DNA of 58,697 nucleotides, from assembly GCA_027317845.1 (NCBI GenBank), contig DAHVQK010000031.1, positions 1 through 58,697 of the forward strand, in the 5' to 3' direction. The DNA is from Gammaproteobacteria bacterium. Its GTDB lineage: Bacteria; Pseudomonadota; Gammaproteobacteria; Steroidobacterales; Steroidobacteraceae. The notes below the pieces were generated by a model that did not search any database, was not told the DNA's origin, and saw nothing but the letters and a program-made list of their open reading frames with translations. A program made the position numbers and the translations under genes. Below are positions 1-9,256 of the stretch, in pieces; the first letter of the stretch is position 1, and every line of letters begins with the position of its first letter.

Positions 1-412
1 GGGAATGACCGCCTCCACCTGTTGGCGGCGCATGAGCCGCCTGAACGAGCTGGGCGTGATCCGCAACCGGGTCGCCGTGCTCGACCGGGAGAAGGTGGGC
101 CTCAACGTGCTCGTGTTCTCACAGGTGAAGCTGAGCGGCCACGGGCGCGATGCGCTGCTGAGGTTCGAGCAGGCGGTGCGCGAGCACCCCGAAATCCAGG
201 AGTGCTACACGCTCATGGGCGAGACCGACTTTCTGCTGCGCATCGTCTGCCGCGACATCAAGGCGTACGAGGCATTCTTCCTGGATCATCTGTCACGCTT
301 TCCCGGCGTCCAGTCGGTCCACTCCTTCATCGCGCTCTCGGTGATCAAGGAGACCACGGCACTGCCGTTGACGGCCGCGGCTAAGCCTGGAGCGCGGTCG
401 GGCTCAGGATGA
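1..412 (+). CDS. Lrp/AsnC family transcriptional regulator (5' end probably outside window)
   Basis: ORF 5..412 is open to the window edge. It shows the AsnC/Lrp effector-domain pattern (EQAVREHPEIQECYTLMGETDFLLRIV...FPGVQSVHSFIAL). Only the tail of the HTH is present. Confidence 0.8.
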   Translation, partial: GMTASTCWRRMSRLNELGVIRNRVAVLDREKVGLNVLVFSQVKLSGHGRDALLRFEQAVREHPEIQECYTLMGETDFLLRIVCRDIKAYEAFFLDHLSRFPGVQSVHSFIALSVIKETTALPLTAAAKPGARSGSG

Positions 413-1040
413 TGAGGCACCGCTCCTCGTCCAGGCCCGGCACGGTGAGCGGGTGGGATTCCATCCCCCAACCGCCGGGCAGGCCCTCGATCTCCGCCGC
501 CGGCCACCTGCCCTTCATGGCAAGGACCCGGGTCTGCGGCCCGCACAGCGGTGCGATGCGCTCGAGCATCTCGGGCAACGGGGCGAACGCGCGGGCCACG
601 ACGGTGTCGAACGGTTGCTCCGGCCGTAGCGACTCGACCCGGGCCTGCAGCGCCTCGACATTGACCAGCCCGAGGGTGCGCAGCGCGTGGGATACGAAGC
701 GTATCTTCTTGCCGTTGGAGTCGATCAGGGTGAAACGGCGCTCGGGGTTGACGAGAGCGAGCGGCAGTCCGGGAAAGCCCGCACCGGTGCCGACGTCGGC
801 GACCGTGGCGCCATGCAGATGGCGGTGCACCGCCAGACTGTCGAGCAGGTGATGCGTTACCATCTCGGGGCCGTGCCTGATCGCCGTCAGATTGAAGCGG
901 CCGTTCCAACGTGCCAGCTCCTCCAGCAGTTGCAGCAGCCGCAGCGCATCATGCTCGCTGAGCGCCACGCCCAGCGCGGCGGCGGCGTGGATGAGGATGG
1001 CGATGTTGGGCGCAGGTTGCATGGGGCAGGATTTTCGCAC
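381..1040 (-). CDS. rsmG: 16S rRNA (guanine527-N7)-methyltransferase RsmG (GidB)
   Basis: Contains LARWNGRFNLTAI and the SAM motif VADVGTGAGFPGLPLAL, with typical length. ATG at 1022 is an alternative start. Confidence 0.9.
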   Translation of the reverse strand: MRKSCPMQPAPNIAILIHAAAALGVALSEHDALRLLQLLEELARWNGRFNLTAIRHGPEMVTHHLLDSLAVHRHLHGATVADVGTGAGFPGLPLALVNPERRFTLIDSNGKKIRFVSHALRTLGLVNVEALQARVESLRPEQPFDTVVARAFAPLPEMLERIAPLCGPQTRVLAMKGRWPAAEIEGLPGGWGMESHPLTVPGLDEERCLIILSPTALQA

Positions 1041-1042
1041 GT

Positions 1043-1702
1043 ATGAGGCTGCTTCTCGTAGAAGACGACGCCATGATCGGGGAGGCCATCCGCACGGGCC
1101 TCAAGCGTGAAGGCTTCGCTGTAGACTGGGTACGTGACGGGGAGGCCGCCGAGACGGCCCTCAGATCGGAGCCTTTCGACGTACTGCTCCTCGATCTCGG
1201 TCTGCCGCGCAAATCCGGGCTCGCCGTTCTCACGGGACTGCGCGCGCGCGGGGATGCGCTTCCGGTGATCATCCTCACCGCCCGGGATGCCGTCTCCGAC
1301 CGGGTGCAGGGCCTCGATGCCGGCGCAGACGACTACCTGGTGAAGCCGTTCGATCTGGACGAGCTGGCCGCGCGCATCCGCGCCCTGCTGCGCCGCAAGT
1401 CGGGCCGCACCGCGCCCGCCATCGAGCACCTGGGGGTCATCCTCGATCCGGCCGCGCATACTGTGCGGCGCGAGGGGCACGCTGTCCCCCTCTCACCCAA
1501 GGAGTTCGCGCTGCTGCAGCTGCTCATGGAGCGTCCCGGAACCATCCTCTCGCGCGCTCGGATCGAGGAGCGCCTCTACGGCTGGGGCCAGGAGGTGGAG
1601 AGCAATGCGATCGAGGTGCACATCCACGGCCTTCGCCGCAAGCTCGGCGCCGAGTACATTCTCAACGTGCGCGGCGTCGGCTACCGGGTACGGCCGGCAT
1701 GA
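1043..1702 (+). CDS. OmpR/PhoB-family response regulator
   Basis: Receiver domain (LLVEDD..., DVLLLDLGLP) plus a winged-helix C-terminus (...NVRGVGYRV). It has a 4-nt ATGA overlap with the downstream kinase. Confidence 0.9.
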   Translation: MRLLLVEDDAMIGEAIRTGLKREGFAVDWVRDGEAAETALRSEPFDVLLLDLGLPRKSGLAVLTGLRARGDALPVIILTARDAVSDRVQGLDAGADDYLVKPFDLDELAARIRALLRRKSGRTAPAIEHLGVILDPAAHTVRREGHAVPLSPKEFALLQLLMERPGTILSRARIEERLYGWGQEVESNAIEVHIHGLRRKLGAEYILNVRGVGYRVRPA

Positions 1703-3138
1703 CGATCGCCTCGCTGAGGGCACGGCTGCTCGCCTGGCTGTTGGGCGGCATCGCGATCGTGGGATTGATCGGCGGGACGGTGGTGTATCGCAACACCTTG
1801 CGCCAGGCCGACGCGTTCTTCGACTATCACCTGGAGCAGACCGCGCTCATCCTGCGCGACCAGCCGGTCGAGTACCTCTGGTCACAGTCGATCCCCTCGC
1901 GGGCGGCCGCCTACGGCTTCGTGGTGCAGGTCTGGACGATCGACGGCCAGCGAATCTACCTCTCGCCTGCGCACGCCGTACTGCCGAACTTCACCACCAT
2001 AGGTTTTTCCACGGTCGCGACCAGCGAGGGCCGCTGGCGGGCCTATGCGGTGGAATCCCCGACGCGGGTGATTCAGGTCGCGCAGTTGATGAGCGTACGC
2101 CGCCAGTGGGCGATACAGCTCGCGATGCGCACGCTCCTGCCGTTCGCGCTGGCGGTCCCGGTGTTGGGTTTCATGGTGTGGTTCGCCGTGGGTCACGCCT
2201 TGCAACCCCTGCAGCGGCTCGCCTCTTCGGTCAAGGCGCGCCGTGTCGGCGCGCTGGAGCCGCTCTCGAGCGATCGGCTGCCCGAGGAAGTGCAGCCGCT
2301 GGTGAGCGCGCTGAATGACCTGCTGGCGCGGCTGACGGTGGCGCTCGACCGGGAGCGGGCATTCATGGCCGATGCGGCCCACGAGTTGCGCACTCCGCTC
2401 ACCGCCTTGCACCTGCAGCTGGATGCGCTGGAGCGCTCATCGACCGAAGGAGAGCGCACGGATGCCATGGGAAAACTCTCCGAGGGCGTGCAGCGATCCA
2501 TCCGCCTCGTGGAGCAGATGCTCTCGCTCGCCCGCCAGGAGCCGCGGGCCGAGCGGCAGCATATGCGCGTCGCGCTCGATGATCTGGCTCGGGAGGTGGT
2601 CGCGGAACTGGTGCCGCTCGCGGATGCGCGAGGAATCGACCTCGGCATTGCCGGTGCGCTGCCGGCATTCGTGCTCGGGGACCGGGAGGCCATAGCGACG
2701 CTGATCCGCAACCTTGTCGACAACGCGGTGCGCTATACACCATCGGGCGGCCGGGTAGACGTCTCGGTGGCGCGCACCTCGTCGGTTCCAGCCGAGGTGC
2801 GCCTCGTGGTACTCGACAACGGTCCCGGCGTCGCTCCTGCGGAACGCACGCGTGTGTTCGACCGTTTCTACCGGCGGCCCGGTACTGTTGCGCCAGGGAG
2901 CGGCCTGGGTCTCGCCATCGTCAAGGCGATCGCCGACGCGCATGGCGCGCGCATCGAGTTGGGCGAATCGCACAGCGGCGCGCGACCGAGCGGGATGCGA
3001 GGGTCTCTGAGACCCGCATGCACGAAGACGGAGGCGGCACTGGAAAATGGTGCATTGCCACCGGGGCCGGCCAGCGGCACGGACCACCCCGCGGGGCCCG
3101 GCCTCTCCGTCAGCGTTACCTTCCCGGCCGCCGACTGA
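1699..3138 (+). CDS. Sensor histidine kinase (QseC/PmrB-like) with a C-terminal insertion
   Basis: Two TM segments, H-box AAHELRTPL, N box DNAVRYTP, and G boxes DNGPGV and GSGLGLAIV. An extra ~40 aa sits before the final beta strand (see findings). Confidence 0.85.
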   Translation: MTIASLRARLLAWLLGGIAIVGLIGGTVVYRNTLRQADAFFDYHLEQTALILRDQPVEYLWSQSIPSRAAAYGFVVQVWTIDGQRIYLSPAHAVLPNFTTIGFSTVATSEGRWRAYAVESPTRVIQVAQLMSVRRQWAIQLAMRTLLPFALAVPVLGFMVWFAVGHALQPLQRLASSVKARRVGALEPLSSDRLPEEVQPLVSALNDLLARLTVALDRERAFMADAAHELRTPLTALHLQLDALERSSTEGERTDAMGKLSEGVQRSIRLVEQMLSLARQEPRAERQHMRVALDDLAREVVAELVPLADARGIDLGIAGALPAFVLGDREAIATLIRNLVDNAVRYTPSGGRVDVSVARTSSVPAEVRLVVLDNGPGVAPAERTRVFDRFYRRPGTVAPGSGLGLAIVKAIADAHGARIELGESHSGARPSGMRGSLRPACTKTEAALENGALPPGPASGTDHPAGPGLSVSVTFPAAD

Positions 3139-5077
3139 GGAGGTTCTCGAGGAACTGCGCGACGGTGATCCTGAGCGCCTGCCGGTCGGCGGGGGCGCTG
3201 AAATCGTTACCCGTGTCGCTCGCGGTCAGCAGCCACACCTCGTCGCGGTGATATCGCAACAGGTAGGCCAGCTGTTGGGAGTTCCTCGCCCGGGTGCCGG
3301 TCCCCTGCAGCCCCTGCACGATGAGGATCGGCCGCCGGATGCGCGCCACTTCGCCGAGCGGCGAAATACGCCTGAGAAAATCCGCCACCGATGGATCCTC
3401 GGCGTTCCCGAACTGCGCGATACGCTCCTCGATGCGTCCCGCGGGCGCGTGCGTCACATAGTCGGTCAGATCGGCCATGCCGGCCACGTCGATGACCCCG
3501 AGCAGGTGCCCATCGAAGGTCGCCAGCGAATTCAACGCCAGCCACCCGCCGTATCCGCGCCCCATGAGCGCGGTGCGGTGAACATCGAGCCCGGGTTGCA
3601 TGCCGATCCAGACCAACAGCGAGCCGACGTCCCGGACCGCATCGTCGCGCTGCCAGCCATCGGCCAGCGAGCGGAAGGTTCTGCCGTATCCCGAAGAGCC
3701 GCGCACGTTGGGAGCGATGACCGCGAAGCCGAGCTCGTTGACGACGAACTGGATGAACGGCCGCCAGCGCGGCCGGAACTGCGAATCCACCCCGGCGTGC
3801 AGCAGGATCAGCACCGGTGCCGGTGCCGGTGCCGGCGGCAGATACACGTACGCGGAAATCATCCGCCAATTGCCGTTCACGCGGTCCCAGGTCGGGTAGT
3901 GGATCAGGCGCGCGGCCACGGGCGGGCGGGCGAGGAGCGCCGCGGGCCGGCGGGTCCAGCGCTCGAGCACTCTGTGGTCGGCGTCGTAGACATACACGCC
4001 GGGCGGACGCCGCGCCGACTGGTAGGAGATCGCCAGCCGGTGGCCGCGGCCGAAGTCCAGGGCCCCGATGACACCATTGCGCAACCATGGCACCGGCATC
4101 GCAAGCTGGAGCCGATTGTCGATGACAGTCAAAACGCTGCGGCCGTCATCGTCCACCGTGTAGGCGGTATAGCGGCCGTCGGCGCTGACCGCGAATCGCT
4201 CGACGCCCCAGGGAACGTCCGCGGATACGCGTTGCAGGGCCCTTGTGCCCGGATCGAACCGGTACAGTCGCTCGAACTCGCCGCCCTGGTCCGAAACCAG
4301 GTAGATGGCCGAGCCCTGCGGGGCGAAACGGGCTGAAGGGATGCGCGCAGCGGGAACGCCCAACCGCTCTGGCGCGCCGCCGCCCACGTTGGCCACATAG
4401 AGAAGATTGTGTTCGGGCCGGGTGACATCGGCGAGCAGCAACTTCTTGCCATCCACCGACCAGTCGAGCAGCTGCCAGCTACCCTTGAGGCCCCCGACCA
4501 CCAGACGCGGCAGACCGCCCTGATCGATGTTCTCCACATACACCGCACCCTGGCTGCCGCCGGGGCCGGCACCGTAGAACGCGATGCTCCGCCCGTCGGC
4601 GGACCAGCGGGGGGTGCCACGCAGCTCATCGCCCTGGGTCACCTGGCGCGCCGGACCCTTCCCGGCCTCCACGTACAGCTGCGGATGCCCGTCGGACAGC
4701 CGCACGTAGGCGAGTGAGCCGCCGCGGAAGCGCGCCCAGCGCACCGGAAGACTCGGCGACGCCAGAGTCCGAGGCGGGGCGAGCGCGGCGGTCAGGCTCT
4801 CGAGCCGCACCCGCTCCCCGAGGCGCTCCGCCACCAGCATGCCTCCCTCGGGGAGCCACTCGAGAAACCGCGTTCCCGGCCAAGGTGCGTAGCGCTCGAG
4901 ACGCTGCGCCAACATGGGGTTCAATGGGGGAATACCGCTGAAGGTGAGCGGCCCCTGCACGCGATAGTCGAAGGACGCCGCCCGGGCCGGCGCCGACGGG
5001 AGCAGGCCCAGGGCAAAGACAATAGCCGCCGGCGCCGCGGCGGCGAACGCCCGGCCGGGAAACTTCTTCAAGGTCAT
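3116..5077 (-). CDS. Secreted S9-family (prolyl oligopeptidase/acylaminoacyl-peptidase-like) protein, predicted non-catalytic
   Basis: Signal peptide (AAAPAAIVFALGLLPSAPARA) and TolB/PD40-like propeller repeats (PRWSADGRSIAFY). The C-terminal alpha/beta-hydrolase fold carries GRGYGG in place of GxSxGG and GNDF in place of GHxF. Confidence 0.8.
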   Translation of the reverse strand: MTLKKFPGRAFAAAAPAAIVFALGLLPSAPARAASFDYRVQGPLTFSGIPPLNPMLAQRLERYAPWPGTRFLEWLPEGGMLVAERLGERVRLESLTAALAPPRTLASPSLPVRWARFRGGSLAYVRLSDGHPQLYVEAGKGPARQVTQGDELRGTPRWSADGRSIAFYGAGPGGSQGAVYVENIDQGGLPRLVVGGLKGSWQLLDWSVDGKKLLLADVTRPEHNLLYVANVGGGAPERLGVPAARIPSARFAPQGSAIYLVSDQGGEFERLYRFDPGTRALQRVSADVPWGVERFAVSADGRYTAYTVDDDGRSVLTVIDNRLQLAMPVPWLRNGVIGALDFGRGHRLAISYQSARRPPGVYVYDADHRVLERWTRRPAALLARPPVAARLIHYPTWDRVNGNWRMISAYVYLPPAPAPAPVLILLHAGVDSQFRPRWRPFIQFVVNELGFAVIAPNVRGSSGYGRTFRSLADGWQRDDAVRDVGSLLVWIGMQPGLDVHRTALMGRGYGGWLALNSLATFDGHLLGVIDVAGMADLTDYVTHAPAGRIEERIAQFGNAEDPSVADFLRRISPLGEVARIRRPILIVQGLQGTGTRARNSQQLAYLLRYHRDEVWLLTASDTGNDFSAPADRQALRITVAQFLENLLSRRPGR

Positions 5078-5112
5078 ATCTTTAAACTATCGCAAGCCGC
5101 TACCATCTGTAC

Positions 5113-6090
5113 ATGCGAACCGAGCCTTCTTTTTTTTCTCTGCCTGGTGCGCGATTGACGCATCATCCGGACGGCATCACCGCAGTCGACACCGAGTATC
5201 TGCATCCCGGACATGCGGCCGCGCACATCGTTCGACACGCCGGCCGCGCCGCCTTGGTCGACGTCGGCACCAATGACTCGGTTCCGTATCTGCTCTCGGC
5301 GCTGCGCGAGCTCGCGATCCTGCCCGAGGCGGTCGATTACCTGCTGCTCACCCACGTCCATCTGGATCACGCCGGTGGCGCGGGCATGCTCATGAGGGCT
5401 TTGCCGAACGCCGTGGCGGTGCTGCATCCGCGCGGCGCACCGCACATGATCGACCCCGCCAGGCTGATCGCCGGATCCCAGGCGGTGTACGGCGAGGAGC
5501 GCTTCCGTCGGCTGTACGGGGAAATCGTTCCCATCCCGGCCGGGCGCGTGCGCGAGACCCGGGATGGGGAAAGGCTGAGTCTGGCGGGCCGGGATCTCGA
5601 GGTCCTGCACACACCGGGACATGCGCTGCACCATCACGTCTTCGTCGACATCGCCCACGGCAATATTTTCAGCGGAGATACCTTCGGCATCTCCTACCGT
5701 GAGCTCGATGGCCCCGCAGGCGCTTTCATCATCCCGACCACCACGCCGACACAATTCGATCCGGATCAGCTGTGCGCCTCCATCGACCGAATGCTCTCGT
5801 ATACGCCCAAGGCGGTGTATCTGATGCATTACAGCCGCGTGACGGATGTGGCGCGCCTGGCGGAAACGCTGAAGGCTCAGGTCCGGCAGTTGACCCGCCT
5901 CGCGCGCGACAGCGCAGGGGCGCCGGACCGGCATGCCGCGATCCGCGAGGCGATGTGGGCCTTATGGCGCGACCTGGCGCACCGACAAGGCTGTCCGGTA
6001 TCCGATGAGCGGCTGCGGGAGCTCCTCGCGGGGGATCTCGAGCTCAATACCCAGGGCCTCACGCACTGGCTCGACCGGCGCGCTCAGTGA
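5113..6090 (+). CDS. MBL-fold metallo-hydrolase
   Basis: HxHxDH motif (THVHLDHAGG) and downstream HTPGH. Confidence 0.8.
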   Translation: MRTEPSFFSLPGARLTHHPDGITAVDTEYLHPGHAAAHIVRHAGRAALVDVGTNDSVPYLLSALRELAILPEAVDYLLLTHVHLDHAGGAGMLMRALPNAVAVLHPRGAPHMIDPARLIAGSQAVYGEERFRRLYGEIVPIPAGRVRETRDGERLSLAGRDLEVLHTPGHALHHHVFVDIAHGNIFSGDTFGISYRELDGPAGAFIIPTTTPTQFDPDQLCASIDRMLSYTPKAVYLMHYSRVTDVARLAETLKAQVRQLTRLARDSAGAPDRHAAIREAMWALWRDLAHRQGCPVSDERLRELLAGDLELNTQGLTHWLDRRAQ

Positions 6091-6097
6091 GCGCCGC

Positions 6098-6127
6098 GGA
6101 ACCGCCGGGCCCATTTAAGCGTCACTT
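6098..6127 (+). promoter_or_regulatory. Possible sigmaE(AlgU/RpoE)-type promoter upstream of the DegP-family gene
   Basis: GGAACC, a 17-18 nt spacer, then TCACT, about 70 nt upstream of the ATG. This is only a partial match to GAACTT-N16/17-TCTGA. DegP/MucD genes are classical sigmaE targets. Confidence 0.25.
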
Positions 6128-6193
6128 AATACTACATGCCCTATCCTGAACCCCGATCCCGGTATCCGTACACTCGAATCACCAGAGGCTGAC

Positions 6194-7639
6194 ATGACCC
6201 TTAGGACCGCTCTTCGAAACCCGCTGGTCGCGGCGGCATTCGGCGCACTGCTGGTCGCCGCACCCCTCACCGCCCTCTACACCCTGCGCTCCGCCGACGC
6301 CGCCAATACTCCTTCGGCAGCCTCATCCGCGGGCGGCGCGCAGGTGCAGTTGCCGAATTTCACCTCCCTGGTCCAGCAGTATGGGCCGGCGGTGGTGAGC
6401 ATCAGCGTGATCGAAAAGCCCTCCGGCTCCGCCGGCCAGCAGAGTCCGTTCGGCCCCGATAGTCCGTTCGCGCCGTTCTTCCACAACTTCCCCTTCCAGG
6501 CGCCGCAGCAGGCGCCGGTACGGGGCGAGGGCTCCGGGTTCATCATCCGCTCCGATGGGGTCATTCTCACCAACGCCCACGTGGTCGCAGGCGCCAGCAA
6601 GGTGACCGTACAGCTGCGCGACCGCCGCGAATACCCGGGCAAGGTGATCGGCATCGACAAGGTCTCGGACGTGGCGGTCGTCAAGATCTCCGCCAGCGGC
6701 CTGCCCACGGTGCACATCGGCGACTCCAACTCACTGCAGGTCGGCCAGTGGGTGCTCGCGATCGGCGCGCCCTTCGGGTTTGACAACAGCGCGACCGCGG
6801 GCATCGTCAGCGCCAAGGGGCGCACGCTGCAGGATTCCGGCTACGTGCCCTTCATCCAGACCGACGTGCCCATCAATCCCGGCAACTCCGGCGGGCCGTT
6901 GTTCAACATGGCCGGCCAGGTGGTGGGCATCAACTCCCAGATCTACAGCCGCTCGGGCGGCTACATGGGGCTGTCGTTCTCCATCCCGATCAATGTGGCC
7001 ATGCACGTGGCCGATCAGCTGATCGCCACCGGGCACGTCCGCCGCGGCGAGCTCGGCATCTTCATCCAGGAGGTGGATCAGGGACTGGCCGACTCCTTCG
7101 GTCTTCCGGAGCCCGAGGGCGCCCTGGTCGCCAACGTCCAGCCCAACAGCGCCGCCGCGGCCGCCGGCGTGAAGCCGGGCGATGTCATCCTCGCCATGAA
7201 CGGCAAGAAGGTCGAGACCTCGGCGCAGCTGCCGGTGCGTGTCGCGAGCCTGCTGCCCGGCACGGTGGTGCGTCTGACGATCTGGCGCAATCACGCCCAG
7301 AGGCAGATCAACGTCAAGCTCGGCGCCATGGGCAGCCATACCCTGGCGGCGACCCAGAGCCAGCACCGTCCGGGCGGGCGCCTCGGACTCGTCGTGCGCC
7401 CGCTGACGCCCGATGAACAACAGCAGGCCAACGTGCACGGCGGCCTGCTGGTCGAAGGGGTGAGCGGTCCGGCGCAGGACGCCAGCATCCAGCCGGGTGA
7501 CATCGTGGTCTCGGCCAACGGGCAGCCGCTCTCGAGCGCCGTGCAGCTGCACACGGTGGTATCGAAGTCCCATGGCCATGTGGCGCTGCTCATCCAGCGC
7601 GATGGCGTGCGAACCTTCGTACCACTGCAGGTTCAGTAG
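6194..7639 (+). CDS. Periplasmic serine endoprotease, DegP/DegQ/MucD (HtrA) family
   Basis: Signal peptide and an intact catalytic triad context (TNAHVV, DVAVVK, GNSGGPL), followed by two PDZ-like regions. Confidence 0.9.
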   Translation: MTLRTALRNPLVAAAFGALLVAAPLTALYTLRSADAANTPSAASSAGGAQVQLPNFTSLVQQYGPAVVSISVIEKPSGSAGQQSPFGPDSPFAPFFHNFPFQAPQQAPVRGEGSGFIIRSDGVILTNAHVVAGASKVTVQLRDRREYPGKVIGIDKVSDVAVVKISASGLPTVHIGDSNSLQVGQWVLAIGAPFGFDNSATAGIVSAKGRTLQDSGYVPFIQTDVPINPGNSGGPLFNMAGQVVGINSQIYSRSGGYMGLSFSIPINVAMHVADQLIATGHVRRGELGIFIQEVDQGLADSFGLPEPEGALVANVQPNSAAAAAGVKPGDVILAMNGKKVETSAQLPVRVASLLPGTVVRLTIWRNHAQRQINVKLGAMGSHTLAATQSQHRPGGRLGLVVRPLTPDEQQQANVHGGLLVEGVSGPAQDASIQPGDIVVSANGQPLSSAVQLHTVVSKSHGHVALLIQRDGVRTFVPLQVQ

Positions 7640-7850
7640 TCGAGAAGGTGAGAGCCAGGGGTTCGCCGGATGCGGCGAACGGGTGGCCATGGATGGAGAG
7701 CCAGGGTTTGCGCGGTGCAGGGAGTGCGCCGCGCCCTGGCCGCCCGCGAGAAAGCCGGCCAGGGCGGGCCGGCGACGGGTACCGGGACGGTGGCCCGCGC
7801 GATGGAGCGCTGCAGGATGCTCAGGTCTGGTGGAGAGCGATGAGAGCCTG

Positions 7851-7880
7851 GGCCTGGGGAGGGGTCACCCTCCCCAGGCC
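7851..7880. terminator. Perfect 13-bp-stem hairpin between convergent degP-family and cytochrome c4 genes
   Basis: GGCCTGGGGAGGG-gtca-CCCTCCCCAGGCC. There is no clear U tract on either strand. Further hairpins lie at 7661-7680 and about 7735-7765. Confidence 0.45.
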
Positions 7881-7888
7881 ATGTTGTC

Positions 7889-8557
7889 TCAGCGCTTGGC
7901 GGCCCAGCGCGTGTCGGGCCGGGGCACGGTGTGCAGACCCGGCTTGAGGTGGCTGAAGTACGCGGCGACGACCGTGATGTCCGCCGGACTCAGCGTGGCC
8001 TCCATGGAGTGCATGATGGGGTTCTTGCGGTAGCCGGACTGGTACTCCAGCAGAGCGCGGATCAGGTAGCTTTCGTGCTGGCCCGCCAATGTCGGATACA
8101 GGGGCGAGATCCCGATCCCGTCGCTCCCGTGGCACGAGGTGCACACCGCCGCGGCCTTCGGCACTTCCGAGGCCGCCGCGGGCTTGGCGCCTGCGACCGG
8201 CTGACCGGCAAGGTAGGTGGCAACATCGACGATGTCCTGGTCGGACAGCGACAGTGCCTGCAGATGCATGGTGGGGTAGGCGCGGTTGCCGCTGCGGTAT
8301 TCCTGCAGCGCCTGAATGAGATACGGCACCGATTGGCCCCGCAGCCGCGGTACGGCATAGTTGGGGTAGGCATTCCGGTAGCCCTTGATGCCGTGACAGC
8401 CCAGACAGGTGTATCCGAGCACTTTCCCCCGCTGTGCGTTGACCACGGGCGGCGGCTGCGCAGAGGCCGCGGCACCGACGCAGGTGATGGCGAGAAGGAC
8501 CGCCGTGGCGACCCGCACGCCCGAACGCACAGATGAACGCAGCCAAAGTTCCGACAT
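7889..8557 (-). CDS. Dihaem cytochrome c4
   Basis: Two CxxCH sites (CLGCHG, CTSCHG) and a signal peptide. The start at 8557 is preceded by GGAGA. The ORF track extends to 8581. Confidence 0.85.
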   Translation of the reverse strand: MSELWLRSSVRSGVRVATAVLLAITCVGAAASAQPPPVVNAQRGKVLGYTCLGCHGIKGYRNAYPNYAVPRLRGQSVPYLIQALQEYRSGNRAYPTMHLQALSLSDQDIVDVATYLAGQPVAGAKPAAASEVPKAAAVCTSCHGSDGIGISPLYPTLAGQHESYLIRALLEYQSGYRKNPIMHSMEATLSPADITVVAAYFSHLKPGLHTVPRPDTRWAAKR

Positions 8558-8686
8558 CGTGATCTCCGGCCAAGTGCGCAAACCAGTGTCGGATCTTATC
8601 GGAGTGTCCGCCTCGGGCGCCAGCGGAGCGAGCAGGGAACCCGGAATCGTTTCGCAGGCACGGGGTCATCGGAGGCTTTCCCGACC

Positions 8687-9133
8687 ATGATCGGGCTCAT
8701 TCAACGCGTGCGGCGGGCCGAGGTGAGTTCCGGCGGCAAGCCGCTCGGGGCGATCCAGCGCGGAATACTGGCGCTGATCGGTGTGCGGCGGGGAGACGGC
8801 CGCACTGCCGCCGATCGCCTGCTCGAGCGCCTGCTCGCCTATCGCATTTTTCCGGACGAGACGGGACGGATGAACCTCTCACTGCGCCAGGCTGGCGGAG
8901 GACTGCTGCTGGTACCGCAGTTCACCCTTGCGGCGGATACCCGCAAGGGCACCCGGGCCGGCTTCAGCACGGCCGCAGCCCCCGAGGAGGCCAGGGAGCT
9001 GTTCGAGTACCTTCTGGAGCGGGCGAACGCGGTCCACGCGCCGGTGGCCGCCGGGAAGTTCGCGGCGGACATGCAGGTCGAGCTGGTCAACGACGGACCG
9101 GTGACGTTCTGGCTCGAATCCGGGGAAGTTTAG
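8687..9133 (+). CDS. dtd: D-aminoacyl-tRNA deacylase
   Basis: Full-length match to the Dtd pattern (MIGLIQRV..., SQFTL-like PQFTLAADT, NDGPVTF). Confidence 0.9.
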   Translation: MIGLIQRVRRAEVSSGGKPLGAIQRGILALIGVRRGDGRTAADRLLERLLAYRIFPDETGRMNLSLRQAGGGLLLVPQFTLAADTRKGTRAGFSTAAAPEEARELFEYLLERANAVHAPVAAGKFAADMQVELVNDGPVTFWLESGEV

Positions 9134-9256
9134 GGTCTGATGGGAATCCGCAATTTCCCCTACGGGGTTGAGCCAACTTTTCTCGGCCGCAGACCGGCAA
9201 TTGGCCTATGATGGGCCAGTTTTTCCTGATTCACGCGTAAGCGGAGTCCAGAGCTT

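Noticed and set aside
7648-7860. Three copies of a GAGAGCC(A/T)GGG-like motif and several hairpins in the degP / cytochrome c4 convergent spacer. I considered a small repeat element or an sRNA.
   Set aside because: The copies are short, imperfect and irregularly spaced, and they overlap ordinary GC-rich terminator-type hairpins. Without genome-wide copy counts I cannot call this a REP/MITE family.
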